A stretch of 24,031 nt of DNA from a virus (Duplodnaviria > Caudoviricetes), in the IMG/VR virus record IMGVR_UViG_3300031912_000058, positions 1-24,031 of that record; one strand, written 5' to 3'. A program made the translations under genes and the position numbers. Under the pieces are notes generated by a model, which made no database searches, was not told the DNA's origin, and saw nothing but the letters and a program-made list of their open reading frames with translations. This document shows, in pieces, positions 8,820 through 15,504 of this stretch. Position 1 is the stretch's first letter; each line of letters begins with the position of its first letter.

Positions 8820-9818
8820 TTAGACAGAACTAAAATGCGTCGGACCAAACAGCGCCGATGCATCGGCAGTGCCAATTGCCTGCATCTGCAGGGGCGATGG
8901 CTGAATGAACATCTGCACGCGATAGTTACCGCCAGCCGCCACACTTGACGTATAGGTTCCGCGAACATCTGGCGTGGTTGAGCCTTGGGTTGGGTAAGTC
9001 GAACCCAGCACCACGGTTACAGAGGATAACAGGACAGCCTGATTGTAAGTATAAGCATTTGAGGATACCGACACGCTGGCAAACTGGCCGACATAGTTCA
9101 GACGCGCGGGCCAGCCGTAAACATCAGCCACGCCAATCCACACACCGGTCGAAGTCCAAGTGGTCGAATTTGTGACCGCGCTGATATACTTGAAGGCCTT
9201 CTGACTTGTGACCGTAGAGCTACCAGCTACGCTCCCAGACGAGATAACCGATTCGGTCATCTTGTAGCCATACATATCACGACCGGCGATGGTATAGAAA
9301 CCGGCATTGGTGGTTGTGCAGGAATTGAAGGTAATGCAGCGGCCAGTTCCAGCCGCCGGGTTCCACATCACGATGTTGCCACTTTGGCCATAGGGCACAA
9401 AAGCTGCCGTGCTATCAATGGCCCAAACCGTCACGGCTTGCCCAGTCTCCGGAGCTACAATTTGTGTCTGAATGAACCCAGCACCCGTTGCACTGATTGT
9501 AACGTTCTGCCCGCCACCAGTTACAACACCGCCATTGACAAGACCGTTGGTTGATACTGCGGATGGAATATAATCTATGAAGATTTCGCCGTTATAGAAC
9601 GCGGCGATTTGATTGGCGGAAAATCCAATTGCAGCTGAGGAATTGGGGTTGGCGGAACCTCCGGGATTGTAACGATAGAACGGACGCGGGTCCATCATGC
9701 CCGTACCGAGATCGTCTACCGAAGGTCCCCGATCCTCATTGTACTGCGCGGCAGCACCGGACGACGTGACGGTGATGCCATACTGGACGGATGGGCCAGA
9801 GTTTGCGTTGATGACCAT
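8820..9818 (-). CDS. Putative virion structural protein
   Basis: 332 aa, Ser/Thr/Gly-rich; TIAGRDMYGYKMTE...GVADVYGWP motif; downstream of capsid; TGATG coupling with the HNH gene. Confidence 0.75.
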   Translation of the reverse strand: MVINANSGPSVQYGITVTSSGAAAQYNEDRGPSVDDLGTGMMDPRPFYRYNPGGSANPNSSAAIGFSANQIAAFYNGEIFIDYIPSAVSTNGLVNGGVVTGGGQNVTISATGAGFIQTQIVAPETGQAVTVWAIDSTAAFVPYGQSGNIVMWNPAAGTGRCITFNSCTTTNAGFYTIAGRDMYGYKMTESVISSGSVAGSSTVTSQKAFKYISAVTNSTTWTSTGVWIGVADVYGWPARLNYVGQFASVSVSSNAYTYNQAVLLSSVTVVLGSTYPTQGSTTPDVRGTYTSSVAAGGNYRVQMFIQPSPLQMQAIGTADASALFGPTHFSSV

Positions 9819-10366
9819 CAGGCAACTCCCGAATTGGAAAACTCGCCGTGGATTGCCGCGATGGCATGCTTTCGATCCTCGAAAGCCTCTTCAGCAGTAT
9901 CCCACGATTGTTTTGACCAACTCATCTTGTTATCAACCCTAATATGCCATTTCCATTTTCGACCGCATAGAGCGACACCTTTGAAGCCGCTGGTATTATT
10001 CTTTGCCTTCTTTTGGTTCCACTGCTGCTCTGAAGGTGTGGCCTCCCGTAAGTTCTCCAATCTATCGTCTAACGTTTCACCGTTAGCATGATCGATTGTC
10101 TGTTTAGGCCAACGACCATGAACTAAAGCCCATATCACATGCGTACTGGGGTATCGTTTACCATCGATAGAAACAGATCGATAACAAGTTCCGTTTTCCT
10201 TTGTCCTTCTTACACATCCCGCTGGTGACCCAGCCCGTACTCGCTTTCCCCTGTTTCCACCACCGACAGCAATAACCCAATACAGGCTTCCAGTTTCAGG
10301 CTCGTATCGCAGTAATTCTTGCACCCGCGCGATTGAAGTCCTAGGCTTGTCCGCTTTCCTTGACAT
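9818..10366 (-). CDS. HNH homing endonuclease with C-terminal AP2-like domain
   Basis: LLRYEPETG N-terminus, HVIWALVHGRWP..IDHANGETLDDRLENLREAT (HNH_3 type) and NNTSGFKGV; AAGGAGG SD; more AT-rich than its neighbours. Confidence 0.9.
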   Translation of the reverse strand: MSRKADKPRTSIARVQELLRYEPETGSLYWVIAVGGGNRGKRVRAGSPAGCVRRTKENGTCYRSVSIDGKRYPSTHVIWALVHGRWPKQTIDHANGETLDDRLENLREATPSEQQWNQKKAKNNTSGFKGVALCGRKWKWHIRVDNKMSWSKQSWDTAEEAFEDRKHAIAAIHGEFSNSGVA

Positions 10367-10385
10367 GATATCCTCCTTTTAGTAT

Positions 10386-10419
10386 AAGGGGGTATATCAC
10401 GTCTAGGGTTATCCATCAA
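10386..10419 (-). promoter_or_regulatory. Possible sigma70-type promoter for the HNH gene
   Basis: TTGATG-N17-TATACC with TGn extension in an AT-rich spacer. Confidence 0.25.
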
Positions 10420-10455
10420 TGTCCTTTCTTGTTTTTACCAACCACTTGATTTTCA

Positions 10456-11377
10456 TCACGAAGTTGGGAAGTTGCCATAAACTGATCTCCAATCGTAATA
10501 GCCAAAGGAGTATCGCTGATAACCCTTTACAAGCAGGTTGTCAGTGGTAAATTCGACACTCATGTCCATTTCGAAGGGGATGCGGTCCATGTAGATCAGG
10601 CCATCCACGTTGGTCAGCAGGAACCACGCAAACGAACTGGTCAGGTAATCATTGATGATGAAGCCTTCCTTGAAGCTGTCGTTCATGCCAAGGATGGCGT
10701 TCACGTCGTTGTCTGCCGTGCCGGGCCGAAGCTCTGACCTGAACAGACGGAGCGCAATGGGTTCCAACTGTGTGGGAATCACAGCCTTGCGGCCACGGGC
10801 GTAGATTTTCAGGCCCGCATTATCCCGCCACGTCGAACGGACCGAGATACCTGCATTGAGCAATGAGGTCTCGTTGAGGTCTTGGTCGGTGCCCGGACGG
10901 TTGCCGATGGTATTGCCGTCAATCGGATGGGTCGGCGAGAACAAGGCCTGCCCATCACCGCCCACGGCATTATTAAAAGTCGTACCTGTATTGAAGACAT
11001 TGGCACCATAGATTTCTTCCGTTTGCTGGAAAGATGCCATCAGACCATCGTTGGATGGGCCAAACTCTGCCTTGTAGAGATTGTCATCGATGGCCTTGCG
11101 GGTGATGGCATAACCAAGGCCGATCTCGTTGTGCTCTTGGTTATACACATAGCGCTCGCCAGCCGCATTGTCGAAGGCGGTCACACCACCTTCCTGCTTC
11201 AGCTGCGCGAGCCCCAGATAACGCATCGAGGCCCGGCGCTCTAGCGCCATCTTCGAATCAGTGGTGCGGAAGAGTTTCTGCCACTGACGTTCGATCTGTT
11301 GATACTTGCCGCTGACTCCCCAGAGCTTAAAGCCCCGGCAAGAGCAAATCGCGAATCTGCGCTAATGCTACTGGCAC
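10456..11377 (-). CDS. Major capsid protein (HK97-fold type), interrupted after codon 16 by a 7-nt gap containing UAA
   Basis: Track ORF 10456..11250 has capsid motifs (GYAITRKAIDDNLY, GDGQALFSPTHP, NDVNA, YLTSSFAWFL, RYSFGYYDWR). The frame extends upstream as LWGVSGKYQQIERQWQKLF, and a second frame from GTG 11377 gives MPVALAQIRDLLLPGL*. Joined product is 304 aa. Confidence 0.85.
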
Positions 11378-11510
11378 GGGAATCCTAACCTTTCTCGTTG
11401 CACTGAAGGTGCGTAAATATCATAGCGCAACAGTACTATGATACTACGAAGGACCTTCCTCGAAAGAGAAAGGCTGGGCGAAAAACATGGCCTATGGTCC
11501 ATCTTTCCCA
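11378..11510 (-). promoter_or_regulatory. Structured RNA leader upstream of the capsid gene
   Basis: Five nested inverted repeats spanning the whole intergenic region and overlapping the capsid ribosome-binding site. Confidence 0.6.
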
Positions 11511-12152
11511 TTAGATACCAGTGGTATTCTTTCGATCCCAGTTGTTGGGCGCGACAATCACGATGTTGCCGAGGCTGGTGTTGTCTGTGCCGTTCTGGCC
11601 GGGCGGCACCCAGTTGGAATAAAGGTCCATCAGGCGGAACGGCAGGGTGTTGGTTGTCGCAAAGCTAGAGCTATTCAGCGTCACATTGGACACACCGGTT
11701 AGAGTGTTGCCCATCGAAGATGTGCCTGAACTAAACCCAAAGTTCAGGCCAATGTATGAAGCTGAAATAACTGACCCGGTGGTGCCGCCTTGACCGGTCG
11801 AGCACTGCACCGTCCACAACATTTCAGGGTCGGTGGACACCCACGCCGCAGCATCCAAGGTGCCGGATGATGTCAACACGGACCCGGGAAAATACGGCTG
11901 CCATGTTTTGCGGGCAATAGCAGGCAGGTAGTATTCGCAGCCCATGAAGATGCCACGAATCTGGCCATTGCCAGAAATGGTGGACCCGCCGACGACATAC
12001 GGTCCTGCCGAGGATGTGCAGACTGGATCACCCGTGAAATACAGATTGGCGTCGCTGGATGCGATGGTCAGCTGTTCGAAACCGCCGGTCGGCGGGCTGC
12101 CGTCCAGACGGCGCCACTGACGAAAGCCAAAGGGTGCGATGGTGTTGACCAT
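11511..12152 (-). CDS. Putative head decoration / minor capsid protein
   Basis: 213 aa; MVNTIAPFGFR, YFTGDPV, GIFMGCEY motifs; directly upstream of capsid; AAGGAG SD. Confidence 0.7.
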   Translation of the reverse strand: MVNTIAPFGFRQWRRLDGSPPTGGFEQLTIASSDANLYFTGDPVCTSSAGPYVVGGSTISGNGQIRGIFMGCEYYLPAIARKTWQPYFPGSVLTSSGTLDAAAWVSTDPEMLWTVQCSTGQGGTTGSVISASYIGLNFGFSSGTSSMGNTLTGVSNVTLNSSSFATTNTLPFRLMDLYSNWVPPGQNGTDNTSLGNIVIVAPNNWDRKNTTGI

Positions 12153-12163
12153 GGTAGCTCCTT

Positions 12164-12270
12164 ACGCAGATGTTGCGTTGAGTGAGCCACCACAGCGCGT
12201 GATGGAGGGGATTGGTCCAGCGCGAACCGAGAATTATGGCATTGTTATGTCAGGAACCCAGGAAAGTCAA
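12164..12270 (-). promoter_or_regulatory. Putative internal promoter and leader with tandem GCGCU-loop hairpins
   Basis: TTGACT(12270-12265)-N17-TAACAA(12247-12242); hairpins at 12214-12228, 12187-12205 and 12164-12178. Confidence 0.55.
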
Positions 12271-12271
12271 A

Positions 12272-12808
12272 TTACTCGTCATCCTTAGGAACGACAAACG
12301 GTTCATAGGATTTTTTAACGCCGGATACCCGGCGGGCACTTCTGTGCTTGGTGTCAAACGTGACACCCTCAATATCACCACCAAATATCTGGGCTTCCTT
12401 GCCCTTGACCTGTCCGGTCGCCTTCTGAAATTCCCGTTCCTCCACCATCTGGCACATCTGTTCAGAACGCTCACACAGCACCAAGCCGTCGTATTCGATA
12501 AAGCCTTGATAATCCACGGGATGATACATCCCGGGATGGCGCGTGGCCGGGACAGGTTCCCAGCCACGCGATTGAAAGCGGCCAAAGCGCCGCGCCTGTT
12601 GCTGGCCCAGAACGGAATAGGTTTTCCATTCATAGCGCATGCCCGTAGGCCACAGATGGCGGGGCACGTCGAGGAAACCGCCCTCTTCCTCGGCGTCGAG
12701 GATTTTTGCAAATTCCTCGATGGACACTGGCTTGGCCGTTTTTGGCTTAGCAGGTTCGCCCTCAAAAGGATTGGCTTCAACCGTAGAGGGCTTGGGCGGT
12801 CGTCCCAT
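12272..12808 (-). CDS. Conserved head-module hypothetical protein
   Basis: 178 aa; AAGGAG SD; GMRYEWK...GWEPVP...GLVLCER motif; lies between scaffold and capsid. Confidence 0.8.
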   Translation of the reverse strand: MGRPPKPSTVEANPFEGEPAKPKTAKPVSIEEFAKILDAEEEGGFLDVPRHLWPTGMRYEWKTYSVLGQQQARRFGRFQSRGWEPVPATRHPGMYHPVDYQGFIEYDGLVLCERSEQMCQMVEEREFQKATGQVKGKEAQIFGGDIEGVTFDTKHRSARRVSGVKKSYEPFVVPKDDE

Positions 12809-12830
12809 TTTGGGTTCTCCTTATTATATA

Positions 12831-13256
12831 TTAGGTGGGGGAGGGCTTCGGGGTTGGCGCCTGACCCGGAGGCTTCGGCTTGCCACCGCCACCCTCTGGA
12901 ACATAGACCAGAACCCATCCCCACCTATCTGTATAGTACCATTGCCAGCCTTCACCAAGACCGCCACCCGGCGGGCAGATCGGTGGCTTATCCGGGATAT
13001 CAGGGATTTCAGGTGGGTCCGGCAGAACGATCGGATGGGTTGGAACCGGCGGGGGTGTGTAGATCGGATGGGCCGGTTCGACCGGCGGCCAAGCGCCAAC
13101 CGGCGGCGCAATCGGGTGGGCCGGGTGTGGCGGGATCGGGGTGCCGACACCATAACCCGGGTCTACCTGAAAAGCTCCCATGCCGGTAATCGTTACGTTC
13201 TTGGTATTTCCTGCACTGTCAGTAATGGTACCGACAATAATGACGGATTGAGCCAT
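12831..13256 (-). CDS. Proline-rich hypothetical protein
   Basis: 141 aa; GAAAGGA SD; PAHPI/PAHPI/PTHPI repeats and a W/Y-rich segment. Confidence 0.7.
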   Translation of the reverse strand: MAQSVIIVGTITDSAGNTKNVTITGMGAFQVDPGYGVGTPIPPHPAHPIAPPVGAWPPVEPAHPIYTPPPVPTHPIVLPDPPEIPDIPDKPPICPPGGGLGEGWQWYYTDRWGWVLVYVPEGGGGKPKPPGQAPTPKPSPT

Positions 13257-13267
13257 GTCCTATCCTT

Positions 13268-14347
13268 TCAATTGATGAGTCCATCACGCTTGGCTTTCTG
13301 CATCTTCAGAAGATTCTTGGCATAGGTCACTTCATCGATGCCGGACAGGGCGGCGATCTCGCGCTGTTCTGGATCGAGTGTGATCTTGCCACCGGTCTGC
13401 TTGCCGGTAGATGGGCTGGTAGCAGTCTTAGATGGCGGGGCTGCGACAGGGGCTCTGGTCACTTCCTGTTCCTCTTCTTCAGGTTCGGCATAACCCAACC
13501 GCTGTTCGATATGCTGGAAGTATTGCTTGGACCCGGCCCGGTATTTCAGGTCCTCGGTCTCGATGTGGGCCGCCTGCAAGCGCATGTTGACGCGGTTGTC
13601 GGTCATGGTCTCAGGGTGCGCCTTCAGCCAGTCCTTCTGGCTTTGCAATAAATTGGGAATGGTGTCGATATATTCTTCGACGCTCATTTGCCGCTGCTGT
13701 TGCGGTTGCTGCGGTGGCTGATTGGCGCGCTGCTTGGCCTGATAGGCCTCGCGGCTTTTTTGGTCTTCAATCGCGACCTTGGCATCTTCAAACTGGGCCA
13801 ACCGGCTTTCGGCGCGAGCCAATCGCCGGTTGGCATCTGCCACGAGCTTATGATCCCCAGCCTCACTCGCAGCGGCAATATCGTACTGGGCGCGTTCGGC
13901 TTCCGACTGAGCGCGGCCAATGGCATTGAGAATAGCGTCATATTCCGCATCCTCAGCCCTTACGCGATAGCTTCCAGCTTCGTATTCGCGCTGTTCACGG
14001 GCACGTTCGGCATCCTGCCTGGCGCGGATTTCATTTTGAAGACGCTTGTCGCTTTCGGCATTCGCCCGGCGCATATCCTCAAGCTGGCGCTTGAGATCGC
14101 TTACGTCTTCTTCTTCAGTGATATCTTCATGTAAATCTCGTGATCTATTATCCTTCCCAGCGCCAGAAACAGATGCTTCCTCGCTGCGTAACGCTTTACC
14201 TCTTCCATCTGCTGATCGAGCATCTTCATCAAACGGGTTTTCCCCGACTTCGACTTCGCCTTCCGGCGCGAACTCGACCGTAAGGGGCTTGTCTTTTGGG
14301 ACATTGGCGGCTTCTTCCTTGGTGCGGACAGCACGAATGCGGGGCAT
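13268..14347 (-). CDS. Putative capsid scaffolding protein
   Basis: 359 aa from re-called ATG 14347 (TAATG coupling); acidic N-terminus, long coiled coil, C-terminal ITLDPEQREIAALSGIDEVTYAK helix motif. Confidence 0.7.
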   Translation of the reverse strand: MPRIRAVRTKEEAANVPKDKPLTVEFAPEGEVEVGENPFDEDARSADGRGKALRSEEASVSGAGKDNRSRDLHEDITEEEDVSDLKRQLEDMRRANAESDKRLQNEIRARQDAERAREQREYEAGSYRVRAEDAEYDAILNAIGRAQSEAERAQYDIAAASEAGDHKLVADANRRLARAESRLAQFEDAKVAIEDQKSREAYQAKQRANQPPQQPQQQRQMSVEEYIDTIPNLLQSQKDWLKAHPETMTDNRVNMRLQAAHIETEDLKYRAGSKQYFQHIEQRLGYAEPEEEEQEVTRAPVAAPPSKTATSPSTGKQTGGKITLDPEQREIAALSGIDEVTYAKNLLKMQKAKRDGLIN

Positions 14348-14757
14348 TAGAGGAAAATCTCCGGGTTCTTGGCGCGCATTTTCAAGGTCCGATCCGTCAG
14401 CATACGGCAGGCAGTACCATTGACCATCACCTGCCAGCCGTCGCCGACGCGGTAGACGATCCAATCGCCTACGTTGACTGTTTGCCCCATAAAATCCGTA
14501 GTCTCGTTTGACAGAAAGGCCGTAGGCCCAGTCTTCAAGACAAGCCCCACCTTACCCTGATACTCGTCTTCATCAATGTTCTGGCCGGGCCGAATAATGC
14601 CACCTTTGGTGACTTCAGGGCGAATGTAAATCCCAACCAATATCTGATTGTGGAACACATCAATCTCGGAGAGATCGCCAACGGCTTCAAGCAAAGCCTC
14701 TTTCGGATTGGTCGCCAAGGCCAGTTGCTGGGTCTTGGGAGCAGAGATAACCGGCAT
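14347..14757 (-). CDS. groES: GroES-like co-chaperonin
   Basis: NQILV...TKGGII mobile loop, GLVLKTGP and VGDWIVY motifs; ATG 14757 overlaps the upstream TGA. Confidence 0.8.
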   Translation of the reverse strand: MPVISAPKTQQLALATNPKEALLEAVGDLSEIDVFHNQILVGIYIRPEVTKGGIIRPGQNIDEDEYQGKVGLVLKTGPTAFLSNETTDFMGQTVNVGDWIVYRVGDGWQVMVNGTACRMLTDRTLKMRAKNPEIFL

Positions 14758-14939
14758 CACTTCCTCATATCATCAGCAACGGTTTCCATTTCGGCAAGAA
14801 CAGCCCTCAGGGCATGCAGATAGCCCAAACTGTACTTGTATTCATCGAAGCTCGTCAATCCAGATTGGGTCATGCTCGACGCCATCATGTCGTACATGAT
14901 GCCAATCTTTTCGCGCAAAAGGGCCTCAAACCGGTCCAC
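14757..14939 (-). CDS. Small conserved head-module protein
   Basis: 60 aa; G.LTSFDEYKYSLGYLHAL motif; coupled on both sides. Confidence 0.7.
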   Translation of the reverse strand: MDRFEALLREKIGIMYDMMASSMTQSGLTSFDEYKYSLGYLHALRAVLAEMETVADDMRK

Positions 14940-15286
14940 TAATTTGAACCCATGATCGCCTTGAACGGTGGCTTGGGCATATGAGCTTTCTCCAAACGCC
15001 CGATGCCACTCTGCGCACTGGCACTCATGCCCGGTGGTTCCATGATATCCTTGGGCTGCCGATTGACCAGGGCACCCGCCTTCGGCTTGTTGACGGCGCC
15101 ACCCGCCTTGAACCCCGGCGCAGCGGACTGGTTGCGGTGCTGGCCGCTGTGCGAGCTTTCGTGGACGCCGCCCGCCTTGTTCTCGCCAACCGCGCGCATC
15201 ACGGGGATGACCAGATTGTTCTCTTTCCCCATGGCCTTGGCCTTGGCCTTATGAGTTGCGAAGGCCTTATCCCTGTATTCCTTCAT
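14939..15286 (-). CDS. Small basic protein with FKAGG motif
   Basis: 115 aa; ATGA overlap; AAGGGG SD. Confidence 0.7.
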   Translation of the reverse strand: MKEYRDKAFATHKAKAKAMGKENNLVIPVMRAVGENKAGGVHESSHSGQHRNQSAAPGFKAGGAVNKPKAGALVNRQPKDIMEPPGMSASAQSGIGRLEKAHMPKPPFKAIMGSN

Positions 15287-15504
15287 GTGCAGTCCCCTTC
15301 CTTCATAACTTTACCGCCAGACTGAAAGTCCATCCGGTCAGGTTGGCTGGGTGGCGTCATCGGACCGCCATGCTTGGGATGGCTGATCGACGCAAACCTG
15401 TCCGCTTTGTCGGCCGGGCTTTCGAAGTTGGCGGGCGATCCGGAAATATTGCCCATCTTCTTCCGGCTGGACGTATGGGATTGCGATGCAAAGGGATTAG
15501 CCAT
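15283..15504 (-). CDS. Small hypothetical protein with FQSGG motif
   Basis: 73 aa; GAGGA SD; overlaps the portal stop. Confidence 0.65.
   Translation of the reverse strand: MANPFASQSHTSSRKKMGNISGSPANFESPADKADRFASISHPKHGGPMTPPSQPDRMDFQSGGKVMKEGDCT

Noticed and set aside
10210-10419. 69-aa ORF with an SD-like AAGAAAGGA overlapping the HNH start
   Set aside because: Overlaps the HNH gene out of frame with no motif support
10456-11250. Capsid start at ATG 11250 as given by the ORF track
   Set aside because: No clear SD; capsid-like sequence continues upstream in frame; it would drop about 40 N-terminal residues. Disfavoured but not formally excluded
11326-11332. Group I intron explanation for the capsid interruption
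   Set aside because: Only 4-7 nt intervene, so there is no room for a ribozyme core; a deletion remnant cannot be excluded
12212-13325. Plus-strand ORFs of 325 aa and 228 aa
   Set aside because: Antisense to two SD-led minus-strand genes; no recognisable motifs
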